A DNA stretch of 64,000 bases from an uncultured Desulfobulbaceae bacterium (GTDB taxonomy: Bacteria > Desulfobacterota > Desulfobulbia > Desulfobulbales > BM004), in the NCBI GenBank assembly GCA_947259115.1, contig CAMYKS010000025.1, positions 5,224-69,223 of the forward strand. Direction: 5' to 3'. This document shows positions 15,369-25,278 of this stretch, piece after piece. Within the stretch, counting starts at the first letter, position 1, and each line of letters begins with the position of its first letter. A program made the position numbers and the translations under genes. The notes beneath the pieces were generated by a model. The model was not told the origin of the DNA. It worked only from the letters and a program-made list of their open reading frames with translations, and ran no database searches.

Positions 15369-16760
15369 TCAGGCTTCATCCCTATCCAACTCGTAGACTT
15401 TACGCCTTATTCTGGCTGAATTCTTCAGGACCCCCACCTGTTCGTCCACATAATCGATAACCCTGGGATGCTTATCGGTGGCTGGCCTGAGAATACGACC
15501 AATAACCTGCCGGAGCCGTCCGCTGAACTTAATCGGAGTTGTAAGAAAAAGCGTTGTAAGGCCGGCGGCATCAAAACCCTCACCGACCAGCTGTAAAGTG
15601 GAAACAAGAATTTTGACCTCACCCCTGTGCAAAGCATCGACAATCGCGGAACGCTCTTGAGTAGAAAGTTGCCCGGTTAATACACTTGCCTGCAGTCCTT
15701 GCTCAGCAAGGAGCTTTACCAGTTTCTGGCAATGGGCCACACGGTCACTGACCACTAATATCGTGCCTTCTGTTCCTGTGGCTTCTATATAAATGTCAGC
15801 GGCAATCCTTTGATTCCGGGCCTCATTTTTTGTCAAGCTGTTCATCAGGGACTGGTAGTTGCCGCGAAAGACATACCTGAAATCGGTGGACCTCTGAATA
15901 AATTCAGGCTTCATAACAGCGCCGCTTTCTGCAAGCTTTCTGGGGTCGACCTCATGGGAGCGGTCACCCATGTAAAGATAGATCAGACGGGTCAGTCCGT
16001 CTTCCCTGCGATAGGCCGTTGCCGATAGCCCGAGCATGAAATAGGAATCAAACCTTTGCACAACCTCTGTAAAAAGGGAGGCGGGCACCCGGTGGCATTC
16101 GTCAACAACCAGATGCCCGAAACATGGTGTCAGTTCATCCAGTCTTTTGCGGGCAGTATTGACTATTGCTATGGACAACGGCTGAATATCAAATTTCGAG
16201 TCACCGATAAGTCCTGCCTTGATCCCCAAAAATTGCCTGACGCGCTCCTCCCACTGGTACATCAATTCCCGGCTGTGCACTAGGATGAGGGACGGCTGCC
16301 GCCTTTGGGCTATTACCTCAAGAGCCATAACCGTTTTGCCGGATCCGGTACCTGCAACAAGTACACCAAATTGTTTACGCAGGATATCATGCACTGCATC
16401 CTTCTGATATGATCGCAGTTCCCCCTGAAAACTGAAATCATACTCCTGCAGGCTCCGCCTTTGGTCTTCAATTTTCGGCCCCCTGCCCATGTATGTCTTG
16501 CAGAGTGCAACAGCTTGTGCGGCAAATCCTCTGGGAAAGACAATACCGGTTTTATCCAGTTCGTAAAAAAAAAGCTTCTGCTGGAAATTCTTTCCCACCC
16601 AGCGCCCATATTTCCTGGCAGCATGGTATTTCGGATTGTCAATGGTAAGCTTGCTCTGCAATGCTGCAAGAAAGGGCTTGGATATACCTGACAGATGACA
16701 TTGTCCTGCAACTCTAAGTACCGGATCTGTAGTTTTTTCGGTCCTGCTTCGGTCTGTCAT
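15369..16760 (-). CDS. SF2 DEAD/DEAH-box helicase (COG1061/XPB-Ssl2-like)
   Basis: Motif I AGTGSGKT, motif II VVDECH, and a C-terminal helicase domain (…LVSTLQLVGEGFD…). Confidence 0.85.
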   Translation of the reverse strand: MTDRSRTEKTTDPVLRVAGQCHLSGISKPFLAALQSKLTIDNPKYHAARKYGRWVGKNFQQKLFFYELDKTGIVFPRGFAAQAVALCKTYMGRGPKIEDQRRSLQEYDFSFQGELRSYQKDAVHDILRKQFGVLVAGTGSGKTVMALEVIAQRRQPSLILVHSRELMYQWEERVRQFLGIKAGLIGDSKFDIQPLSIAIVNTARKRLDELTPCFGHLVVDECHRVPASLFTEVVQRFDSYFMLGLSATAYRREDGLTRLIYLYMGDRSHEVDPRKLAESGAVMKPEFIQRSTDFRYVFRGNYQSLMNSLTKNEARNQRIAADIYIEATGTEGTILVVSDRVAHCQKLVKLLAEQGLQASVLTGQLSTQERSAIVDALHRGEVKILVSTLQLVGEGFDAAGLTTLFLTTPIKFSGRLRQVIGRILRPATDKHPRVIDYVDEQVGVLKNSARIRRKVYELDRDEA

Positions 16761-16791
16761 TACTCTGCAATAACCCTTTAACCTGCATATT

Positions 16792-16885
16792 ACATGAAAA
16801 ATATTGCACGGTTTTATTAATTATATGTTTTTGTATTATTATTCTTTGATTTATTGAGGAATTCAGTTGTTAAAGTTTGTGCTGA
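16792..16885 (+). repeat. copy B of the dispersed AT-rich element of about 95 bp
   Basis: See copy A. Its left end is about 33 bp from the helicase start codon. Confidence 0.8.
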
Positions 16886-17183
16886 TACATAGTAAATTTT
16901 TTCAAATTCACCCATCCTTCGGGCCAGTCGATAAATTCTTATAGCCTGCAGTATAAGTTTTTTTCACATACTAACGTATAGCGAAACACCCTATACTTTG
17001 CCTATCCTCCATCTTGACTGCTGAAATATACCGGCTAATTGCTTGTTTTCACTGGTTGGATATGATAAATTTAAATGTTGTAAAAACCGCCCCGAGCCTG
17101 ACCACCTTTTCTTTTTTATTAATATCAATCAGTTACGACAAAAATAATTCTACCGGAGCACTATAAGATTGTCCACTGAAATC

Positions 17184-19439
17184 ATGAAACCCACTTTTCA
17201 ACAACAGAATCACGCCGAAACCAAAATACTTATTATCGAGGACGATGCCGAGGTCAGTGAGGTAATTGTCAACTATCTCTCCAGCAAGGGCTTTATTGTC
17301 CTGCAGGCGGGAGACGGCAAGGCCGGCCTTGATCTTTTCACCTCAGGCTCTCCGGATCTTGTCCTGCTTGACCTGCGTCTTCCCGGCATGGATGGACTGG
17401 AGGTTTTAAGCCATATCAGCAAGGATGCCCCTGATATCCCTGTCATTATCGTCTCCGGCAAAGGCACGGTCAAAGATGCGTCCGCTGCCTTGAAAACCGG
17501 GGCCTGGGATTATATCACCAAACCAATCTTCGATATGCAGGTTTTGGATATTTCCGTGCACAATGTTTTAGAGCGCGCCAAATTGATGCTCGAGAAAAAA
17601 AAGCAGCAGAAAAATCTGGAAAAGGAGCTGCGTAAAGAGACTTCTGACCTTGAGCAGAGAAGTCTTGAACTGGAGAAGGCATATCGCAATCTCAACCGCG
17701 AGATAGAAGAGCGCAAGCGTGCCGAAAGAGCCATTCAGCAGGAACACGCCTTTATCCAGACCATCATTGACGGCGTTCGTGATCCTGCCAGGATTGTCAG
17801 CCCGGACTTCGGCGTCCTGATGATGAACCAGGCAGCGCTTGCACTTTTGCCGAGCAAGCAGGCCAGTCTTGAACAGCTCACCTGCTACCAGGCTTACCGA
17901 CAGACTGACATACCATGTTCTGACGCTGATCATCCGTGTGTTCTCAAGGAAGTATTAAAGACAGGTCAATCTATTACAATACATCATAAAGACATTCTTG
18001 GAGAAAACAAGGAGCGCATCTATGAAATAGAGGCCTCGCCCCTGTGGAATGTTGACGGTACCCTCTACGGAATCCTGGAGGTTATCCGCAACATTACTGA
18101 GGACTTAGGTATTGAAACACAGCTGCGCGAACACCGGGAACGCCTTTATCACCTTGTGCACCATGATGCCTTGACCAACCTGCCCAACAGGATGCTTTTG
18201 CAGGACAGGCTCTCCCGCATGATGATGAAAGCAAAGCGCAACAGGACGTATGTTGCCGTGCTTTTCCTTGATCTTGACAGGTTTAAGAAAATCAATGAGA
18301 CCCTGGGCCATGAAATAGGTGATAAGCTGCTGCTGGAAGTTGCCAAACGCCTTGAGAATAGTGTACGTAAAAGTGATACGGTAGCCCGGCTTGGGGGCGA
18401 TGAATTTGCCGTGATCCTTGATGATCTGCGTGATGTAAAGTATGTGGCGGTTGTGGCCAGAAAATTCCTGCAGGCGCTTTCCAAGCCTATCATTATCCAG
18501 GAATACGAACTCTATGCCACCAGCAGTATAGGAATCAGCTTATACCCCGATGACAGCGAGGATGTGGATGTTCTGCTGCGCTGCGCCGATACGGCTCTCT
18601 ACAGGGCCAAGGATGCCGGCAAGAATAATTACCAGTACTATACCGCCGACATGAACACCCGGGCCTTTGAATTCCTGCTGCTGGAATCCGGCCTGCGCAA
18701 GGCCCTGGACAACAACGAACTCGAGGTTTTTTACCAGCCTCTCATCGATCTTGAAACCAACACGCTGCTCGGCATGGAAGCGCTGCTGCGCTGGAGACAT
18801 CCTGAAAAAGGCATGATCTCGCCGGGTGATTTCATCCCCCTGGCAGAAGAAACCGGTCTCATCGAACCGATCGGCGAGTGGGTTTTGCGGGCTGCCTGCA
18901 CTCAGAACAAAGAATGGCAGGATGCCGGATACCCTCCCGTCAAAGTGTCGGTCAACATGTCGGCCCGCCAGTTCAACAAGAAAAACATAACTGAACTGAT
19001 CGGCGATATCCTGCAGGAAACAGGCTTGAGCCCGGAATACCTGGGCATAGAAATTACTGAGTCGGTTATTATGCAGGATGTCAAATCAACTATTGCAAAG
19101 CTCAAAAAAATGCACAAGATGGGGATCACCTTGTCCATAGATGATTTTGGTACCGGTTACTCATCATTGAGCTATTTGAAGCTCTTTCCCATTGACAACC
19201 TGAAGATTGATCAATCCTTTGTCTTCAATATTACATCAGATTCAACCGATGCGGCCATTGCCGCTTCTGTAATTCTGCTGGCACACAGCATGAACCTGAA
19301 GGTGGTGGCTGAAGGCGTTGAGACGCAAGAACAGCTTGAGGTGCTGCGCCGGCAGGGATGTGATTATGTCCAGGGCTTTTTATTCAGCCGCCCGGTTGCT
19401 GCAGATGAGTTTGTGCCCTTCTTTGAGCCTTTACTCTAA
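17184..19439 (+). CDS. response-regulator receiver-PAS-GGDEF-EAL protein (c-di-GMP turnover)
   Basis: REC domain (LIIEDD…[14 protein letters not shown]), coiled coil, PAS, GGDEF (RLGGDEFAV), EAL (EALLRW…, [10 protein letters not shown]). The ATG at 17184 is preferred over the TTG at 17169. Confidence 0.92.
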   Translation: MKPTFQQQNHAETKILIIEDDAEVSEVIVNYLSSKGFIVLQAGDGKAGLDLFTSGSPDLVLLDLRLPGMDGLEVLSHISKDAPDIPVIIVSGKGTVKDASAALKTGAWDYITKPIFDMQVLDISVHNVLERAKLMLEKKKQQKNLEKELRKETSDLEQRSLELEKAYRNLNREIEERKRAERAIQQEHAFIQTIIDGVRDPARIVSPDFGVLMMNQAALALLPSKQASLEQLTCYQAYRQTDIPCSDADHPCVLKEVLKTGQSITIHHKDILGENKERIYEIEASPLWNVDGTLYGILEVIRNITEDLGIETQLREHRERLYHLVHHDALTNLPNRMLLQDRLSRMMMKAKRNRTYVAVLFLDLDRFKKINETLGHEIGDKLLLEVAKRLENSVRKSDTVARLGGDEFAVILDDLRDVKYVAVVARKFLQALSKPIIIQEYELYATSSIGISLYPDDSEDVDVLLRCADTALYRAKDAGKNNYQYYTADMNTRAFEFLLLESGLRKALDNNELEVFYQPLIDLETNTLLGMEALLRWRHPEKGMISPGDFIPLAEETGLIEPIGEWVLRAACTQNKEWQDAGYPPVKVSVNMSARQFNKKNITELIGDILQETGLSPEYLGIEITESVIMQDVKSTIAKLKKMHKMGITLSIDDFGTGYSSLSYLKLFPIDNLKIDQSFVFNITSDSTDAAIAASVILLAHSMNLKVVAEGVETQEQLEVLRRQGCDYVQGFLFSRPVAADEFVPFFEPLL

Positions 19440-19845
19440 TAGTGCTATAGTGTCCCGGTAAACCATTTTTCCGGCATACTGCTGCAAAATATTTATGAAA
19501 AATATTATCCACATAATACTGGCCGTTATTTTAGCCGGTCTTACCTTGGCATTTATGGTAAAAAAGATGAAGGATGACTGCATACCCTGACTGCTGGCTT
19601 ACGGCACGCTCGGTATGGGTCTCATATCGTATTATATACTGACAACATACTTCTAAGCAGAATTAAGCAGGACCTGTTTTTTCCAACATATCACCTGAGT
19701 CATTTATTCTGGACCGCATGCAGTGTGCACTCTGTTTATCGGCCGTTAGTTTGGCAGAGTTTTTTTAGAATGACCTATAATGAGACGTGAATTATCCAGG
19801 CTACCTGTCCCTGCGTTAAATAATTGACTTTAGCAGGCGATCACT

Positions 19846-20952
19846 ATGAAAGTTAATGGCACCCATTACCGCACAATCTGGCCGAAAAAAAATAATCCTC
19901 AGGTCATTGAGATCATAGACCAGCGCTATCTGCCCCATCGCTTTGTGATTGAAGAACTGGCCACAGTTGATGACTTTATCATTGCAATACGGGACATGCA
20001 TGTGAGAGGTGCAGGGCTCATCGGTGCGGCTGCTGCGTATGGCATGTACTGTGCAGCGCTGCATGCACCGCAGAATAACTTTTCAGCCTGCCTTGAAGAT
20101 GCTGCGGCTAAACTCCTTGCTACCAGGCCGACTGCAAAAAATCTTTCATGGGCCCTGCAAAGACAGCTTAGAGCTGTTGCCGGAATGTCGGACCCCGAAG
20201 AAGGGATACAAAAAACCTACGGGACCGCTCGTTTGATTGCTGACGAAGATGCTGACTACTGCCGCAGGATTGGGCAACACGGCCTGCAGCTCATTAGGGA
20301 CATAAGCAAAAAGAAAAAGGGTAAACCGGTCAATATTCTCACACACTGCAATGCCGGCTGGCTGGCGTTTGTAGACTACGGCTCAGCTACAGCGCCCATT
20401 TACGCCGCCCATGGGGAAAATATTCCCGTCCATATCTGGGTGGATGAAACCAGGCCCTGGAATCAGGGCTCAAAGTTGACCGCCTGGGAAATGTTCCAGG
20501 AGGGCATTGCCCACACCCTCATTGCAGATAATACCGGCGGACATCTTATGCAGCACGGCCTGGTGGACCTGGTTATTGTGGGCTCGGACCGCACCACCCG
20601 CACGGGTGACGTGGCCAACAAGATCGGCACCTATCTTAAGGCCCTGGCTGCTATAGATAACAATATCCCGTTTTATGTTGCCCTGCCGTCCTCAACAATC
20701 GACTGGGAACTACGGGACGGCCTGCGCGAAATTCCCATTGAAAAACGTTCAGGTGATGAGGTGAAGTTCATATCGGGCCTCGCCAATGACGACACGTTGA
20801 CAACAGTACTTTGCGGGTTACCGGAAACCCCAGCCGCAAACTATGCTTTTGATGTCACCCCGGCGCGCCTGGTAAGCGGTATCATTACAGAAAGGGGCAT
20901 TGCCGCTGCCTCTGAAGAATCTCTCCTCACTCTTTTCCCTGAACACGCCTGA
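19846..20952 (+). CDS. mtnA: S-methyl-5-thioribose-1-phosphate isomerase
   Basis: eIF-2B/MtnA family signature (IIDQRYLP…, MHVRGAGLIGAAAAYG, GSDRTTRTGDVANKIGTY). Confidence 0.88.
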   Translation: MKVNGTHYRTIWPKKNNPQVIEIIDQRYLPHRFVIEELATVDDFIIAIRDMHVRGAGLIGAAAAYGMYCAALHAPQNNFSACLEDAAAKLLATRPTAKNLSWALQRQLRAVAGMSDPEEGIQKTYGTARLIADEDADYCRRIGQHGLQLIRDISKKKKGKPVNILTHCNAGWLAFVDYGSATAPIYAAHGENIPVHIWVDETRPWNQGSKLTAWEMFQEGIAHTLIADNTGGHLMQHGLVDLVIVGSDRTTRTGDVANKIGTYLKALAAIDNNIPFYVALPSSTIDWELRDGLREIPIEKRSGDEVKFISGLANDDTLTTVLCGLPETPAANYAFDVTPARLVSGIITERGIAAASEESLLTLFPEHA

Positions 20953-21226
20953 GTTGTTTCCTGCCTTGAATATGTAAGCCAAATTGAACGGAGTCCCCAT
21001 AAGTCTCGCAGTCATCAACAGATCCCCAGGAAATCATGCAATTACAAGGGCCAGAACCGTCAGCGGCACACTTATAGAAGTCTCACTTCGTTTCCTATCT
21101 GCGGGGCCGAAAACTTCTAACATATACATGACGCCCGTAAAAATCTCTTGAAAGGCTACGCAAAGCATATTAAAAAGCATCTTTAATTAATTGTAATTAA
21201 AATCAATTCTGAGGGAGGCATGGCGC

Positions 21227-21802
21227 ATGCGTACAAATTTGTATACAGGTAAACGGATATTCTCTACCCTTGCTGCACTTATTTTTGTCTTATTAATGGC
21301 CCCATGCTTTTCTCCGGGAGTTCAGGCACGAAGTGCCAGGGAAATTGACGTCAGCGTCGATGTGGCCCTGGACCGTTTTAAAAATGAAATCCCCGGCGCA
21401 AATGAATTTTTAGAAAATGCCAAAGGCGTGCTCATCATTCCCAATGCCGTCCGCATCGGTTTCGGATTCGGTGGCGAGTACGGTGAAGGAGCCCTGCTTG
21501 TCGACGGCAAAACCGTGGATTACTACAGCCTGGCATCAGGCTCTTTCGGTTTCCAGATCGGAGCCCAGTCAAAAAATGTTGTCATAATCTTCATGGATGA
21601 AAATGCCCTGATAAAATTCCGGGATAGTCTCGGATGGCGGGCCGGGGTTGATGGTTCCGTTGCCCTGATTGATCTTGGTGCAGGTGGCACTGTTGACACA
21701 AAAAATATCCAGCATCCCATTGTCGGCTTTGTCTTCGGGCTCAAAGGGCTTATGGTGAACCTGTCCCTTGAGGGTTCAAAATTCACTAAGCTATCGAGAT
21801 AA
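21227..21802 (+). CDS. secreted SYLF (Ysc84/DUF500) lipid-binding domain protein
   Basis: Signal peptide followed by Gly-rich repeats (GFGFGGEYGEGAL…, GSFGFQIGAQ…) typical of the SYLF domain. Confidence 0.65.
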   Translation: MRTNLYTGKRIFSTLAALIFVLLMAPCFSPGVQARSAREIDVSVDVALDRFKNEIPGANEFLENAKGVLIIPNAVRIGFGFGGEYGEGALLVDGKTVDYYSLASGSFGFQIGAQSKNVVIIFMDENALIKFRDSLGWRAGVDGSVALIDLGAGGTVDTKNIQHPIVGFVFGLKGLMVNLSLEGSKFTKLSR

Positions 21803-21910
21803 CGAAGAAATTCATTTCTTTCTTGTACTAATCGCGCACATGGATTAAATATTTAAATATTGATTTGGAAACTTTTATCTGAAATTTCCGTATCAATCCT
21901 TTCTCCTAAA

Positions 21911-21941
21911 AGCAGGGCTTTACCGGCCCTGCTTTTTTTTT
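21911..21941 (+). terminator. rho-independent terminator
   Basis: agcagggc / gccctgct forms an 8-bp stem followed by a T-run of about 9. Confidence 0.8.
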
Positions 21942-22045
21942 ATGCACAATTTTCACAAAAGCCCCTTGATTTTTTTTGGGAACCAGTTATAAAAGGCCTC
22001 TTTTCCAATTGATACATTTTATTATTAAAGAACATTTGTCATTCG

Positions 22046-22214
22046 GCTAGGAGCCTGTCGGGGAATTATAATCGTAACGAAAAATTGAAGAATTGAGATC
22101 AAATTTTCGGGAAATTGATGCGAATAGCAGCGCTATTTAAAGAAAATTCACGGAAATTTGCACCGATTCTCTCGCTTTTGCAGTAGATTGGGAATTCTCC
22201 GACAGGCTCCTAGC
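22046..22214. repeat. long imperfect palindrome of about 170 bp (MITE-like or structured RNA)
   Basis: The termini gctaggagcctgtcggggaatt and ggaattctccgacaggctcctagc are near-perfect inverted repeats. The inner arms are also partly complementary, with the apex near aatagc-agc-gctatt (about 22131). Confidence 0.8.
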
Positions 22215-22304
22215 AGCTGCAAAGTTTTATGTTGCTCATTATTTATTTTATTTTGAGCAAATGGGACTAGCAATTACCCCCTATTTTTTTTATTTTAAAT
22301 TTCT

Positions 22305-22679
22305 ATGAAAGTTACAGAAAAAAAAAAGGACGAGCGAAAACATAAACGCTACGACATTGCAAGCGGTGCATTCGCATTGCTTAAATGGAATGGTGCGGAA
22401 GTGCTTGGATCGATAAAAGATATTTCAAGAGGCGGCCTCAGTTTATCCCATATTGATGATGATGAAAATTTAGAGGCCCTTGCCAGGATAACAGTCAACC
22501 TTATATCTGAAAAAGTCTGTTATGAGAATTTTATCGGCAGAAGCATCTGGAGCAAAAAAAAGGAAGGTGCTTTTACGACAGCCATGGTCAAAATGAAACT
22601 GTGTGGCATCGAATTCGGACAAATCGACGAAGAGAAGCAGTTGCAACTCAAAGAATTTATTGATTCCCACAAAAAATAA
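22305..22679 (+). CDS. PilZ domain protein
   Basis: KHKRY…DISRGGLSL matches the PilZ RxxxR / DxSxxG signature. Confidence 0.75.
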   Translation: MKVTEKKKDERKHKRYDIASGAFALLKWNGAEVLGSIKDISRGGLSLSHIDDDENLEALARITVNLISEKVCYENFIGRSIWSKKKEGAFTTAMVKMKLCGIEFGQIDEEKQLQLKEFIDSHKK

Positions 22680-22784
22680 TTACACAAAAGTTGTTTTCTA
22701 CAGAAATGCCAACCTTATAAGTGTTTCCCGCTTCAGTTCTTAGCTTTTTATTTAGATCCGGATAATTTTAATTGTTTTGAATTC

Positions 22785-23111
22785 TTAAAGTCCAGGTACA
22801 TTTTATGTGCCTGGGCCGGCGGCAGGTTTTACAGAAACCAGCCCCTTTATTTTTACGCTGCATTTCATTCCTTGTTTTTTAAGTCCAGGTACATTTCATG
22901 TGCCTGAGCCGGGGGCAGGTTTTACAGAAACCGGCTCCTTTATTTTCATGCTGCATTTCATTCCTTGTTTTTTAAGTCCAGGTACATTTCATGTGCTTGA
23001 GCCGGCGGCAGGTTTTACAGAAACCAGCCCCTTTATTTTTTCACGCTGCAATTCATTCCTTGTTTTTTAAATCCAGGTACATTTCATGTGCTTGAGCCGG
23101 CGGCAGGTTTT
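22785..23111. repeat. 93-95-bp tandem repeat, about 3.5 copies, copying the 3' end of the lsrF-like gene
   Basis: The tccaggtaca anchors at 22791, 22884, 22977 and 23072 give a period of 93/93/95. The last copy is the real gene end (…[18 protein letters not shown]). Confidence 0.95.
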
Positions 23112-23931
23112 GATGCACGGTTGCGCCCACGGCCTGGATCATGGCAGCCGGCGATTCCGCCTGAAAAATATTTCTTCCCATGTCCACCCCGGCAGCTCCC
23201 TCCTGTACAGCATTATAAGCCATGGTCAGGGCATCAAGTTCCTCCATTTTTTTACCACCAGCCATGACTATAGGTACCGGGCAGCTGGAGGTTACAGACT
23301 CAAAGCCTTTGGGTATATAATATGTTTTCACATAATGAGCTCCAAGCTCAGCGCAAATCCTGCAGGCCAGCCTGAAATAGCGTGCTGACCTTTTCATCTC
23401 CGTTCCCACTGCGGTCACAGCTAATATCGGTATCCCATAACGCATTCCCGCATCAACCAGCCTGGTCATATTATGCACCGACTGTGTCTCATATTCACCG
23501 CCGATAAATACCTGGACTGCCAGAGCTGCCGCATTGAGGCGCACAGCATCCTCAATGTCAACGGCTATCTGCTCGTTGGAAAGTTCTTTAAGAATGCTCG
23601 GGCCGCCACTGGCCCGAAGCACTATGGCCCTGGTATAGGAGGGTGGCACAACAGAACGGAGGATGCCGCGGGTCAGCATCAAAGTATCGGCATAGGGTGC
23701 AATGGGCAGGATATTCAGGTCAACCCGTTCGAGGCCAACGGTGGGCCCTTGAAAATATCCATGATCAATGGCAAGCATTACGGTGCGGCCCGTTTCAGGA
23801 TTAAAAATCCGGGACAAGCGGTTTTTCATGCCCCAATCCAAAGAGTTGGAACCTTTAAGAAAAAAACCTTCTGAGCTTGTCTTCTTTCCTATGTTAAAAT
23901 CTTTCCCCTCCTTATCTACTTCAGGCATCAC
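23053..23931 (-). CDS. LsrF-like class I aldolase/thiolase (DeoC/FbaB superfamily)
   Basis: Long collinear similarity to E. coli LsrF as recalled ([38 protein letters not shown]…, [10 protein letters not shown]). Confidence 0.85.
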   Translation of the reverse strand: MMPEVDKEGKDFNIGKKTSSEGFFLKGSNSLDWGMKNRLSRIFNPETGRTVMLAIDHGYFQGPTVGLERVDLNILPIAPYADTLMLTRGILRSVVPPSYTRAIVLRASGGPSILKELSNEQIAVDIEDAVRLNAAALAVQVFIGGEYETQSVHNMTRLVDAGMRYGIPILAVTAVGTEMKRSARYFRLACRICAELGAHYVKTYYIPKGFESVTSSCPVPIVMAGGKKMEELDALTMAYNAVQEGAAGVDMGRNIFQAESPAAMIQAVGATVHQNLPPAQAHEMYLDLKNKE

Positions 23932-23969
23932 GCATCTCCTTTGAAATTTCTTCTCAATAATTTGTCGAT

Positions 23970-25001
23970 TTATTCCTGGGGTTTTATAATTACCTTAAGG
24001 GATCCCCCGCCTTCTGCAACGAGCTGAAACCCTTTTTCCGTTTCAGCCAGTCCTAACCGGTGGGTTATCATGTCATCAACCCGGACCCTCTCCGCCCTGA
24101 TAAGTTCCAGGGCCTCAGCACAATCCAATGGGCTGGCCGCATATGATGTTGTGACGGTAACATCCCGGCGCCAAAAAACATCGTTTACAGATAACGGCAC
24201 GACAGTACCGGCAGGGGCAGGGGCAAACAAAAGAACAACACCGCCGCGCCCCACGGCCTGAAAGGCCTGCCGGCAGACAGCCTCTGCCGCAGCACAGACT
24301 ATTACCACATCCGCTCCCCGGCCGTTGTTCAATTTTCTAAATTCCATGGCCACATCAGCGTCAGCAGGGAGTGCATGGTGGGCGCCGAACTGTCGGGCCA
24401 GGGCAAGTCGATCATTGCTGAGATCCGTTGCAACAACCATGCCCGCACCCTTGGCCAGGGCCAGCTTAACATGAAGAAGACCTGCAATACCACTGCCAAG
24501 CACAAGTACGCCGGCACCGGGCCGGATTCCTGCAACCCGCTGCCCTCGAAGGACACAGGCTAAAGGCTCCACAAACGTGGCGCTCTCATATGTCACTTCA
24601 TCGGGCAAGAGCCAGGTGCCGCGTTCAACATTGATTGACGGCAAGCGCACAAATTCACAAAATCCCCCCGGATCAAAATGCGTCCCTCCAAGCAGTGTAT
24701 CACAAACCGTCTCATGGCCGCTGTCGCAATAATGACAGGAAAAACATGGCACATGGTGGGTCGCAACAACCCGGTCACCTTTATTAAATCCGGACACTCC
24801 AGGACCCACCTCTGCTACCCGGCCGGCTATCTCATGGCCCAGCACAAGTGGCGCGCCTTTCATACGGTACCATTCCATGGTATCGCTGCCGCAGATTGAA
24901 CTGGCAAAAATCTGCACCAACATTTCACCGGCGCCTACCCGGGGGACATCCATCTCGGCAAGCCTGATATCCCTGTTATTATAATACATTGCCACCCGCA
25001 T
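23970..25001 (-). CDS. zinc-dependent medium-chain alcohol/polyol dehydrogenase
   Basis: Catalytic Zn ligands (ICGSD, GHE), structural Zn Cys cluster ([15 protein letters not shown]), Rossmann motif GSGIAG. Confidence 0.88.
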   Translation of the reverse strand: MRVAMYYNNRDIRLAEMDVPRVGAGEMLVQIFASSICGSDTMEWYRMKGAPLVLGHEIAGRVAEVGPGVSGFNKGDRVVATHHVPCFSCHYCDSGHETVCDTLLGGTHFDPGGFCEFVRLPSINVERGTWLLPDEVTYESATFVEPLACVLRGQRVAGIRPGAGVLVLGSGIAGLLHVKLALAKGAGMVVATDLSNDRLALARQFGAHHALPADADVAMEFRKLNNGRGADVVIVCAAAEAVCRQAFQAVGRGGVVLLFAPAPAGTVVPLSVNDVFWRRDVTVTTSYAASPLDCAEALELIRAERVRVDDMITHRLGLAETEKGFQLVAEGGGSLKVIIKPQE

Positions 25002-25278
25002 ACTTTTAGACTCGATACGATTACTTTTTTATTTCTGTTCTTGTGCCGGCAGTGACACTATAATCCAAGTTTTTAGGCCTTACAATCTGCTTTTACCTTA
25101 CTGCAGCATCCTTAAACACCCTACCAAATCTACGTTCCATAGGTAACGTTTTTTGTGAAGAAAAAGTTGTGTTTGCTCGTAGTCTTTGGTATATAGCCCT
25201 TTTTGGCCCTTCCGAGATGGAAGATAATATTAACATTAAACTAGTTGGCAGAAATTACGCTAAAGGGCAAGAACTAAC

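Noticed and set aside
14865-15419. Plus-strand ORFs 14865-15194 and 15213-15419 in the helicase/GTPase gap
   Set aside because: They have no Shine-Dalgarno sequence, atypical composition, and the second overlaps the helicase 3' end. The region is treated as non-coding pending transcript data.
19440-19845. SAM riboswitch, or a leader upstream of mtnA, and a 31-aa hydrophobic mini-ORF (19496-19591)
   Set aside because: No SAM-I or SAM-II consensus elements were recognisable. The mini-ORF has no convincing Shine-Dalgarno sequence, so it is not reported as a feature.
22046-22304. c-di-GMP (GEMM) riboswitch upstream of the PilZ gene
   Set aside because: I could not find any of the conserved GEMM-I/II core sequences. 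The region is a simple long palindrome.
22807-23070. 87-aa plus-strand ORF with a repeated PGxAAGFTETxxFIF…HFIPCFLSPGTFHV sequence
   Set aside because: It is a translation of the opposite strand of the 93-95-bp tandem duplication of the lsrF-like 3' end. The periodic sequence is an artefact of the repeat.
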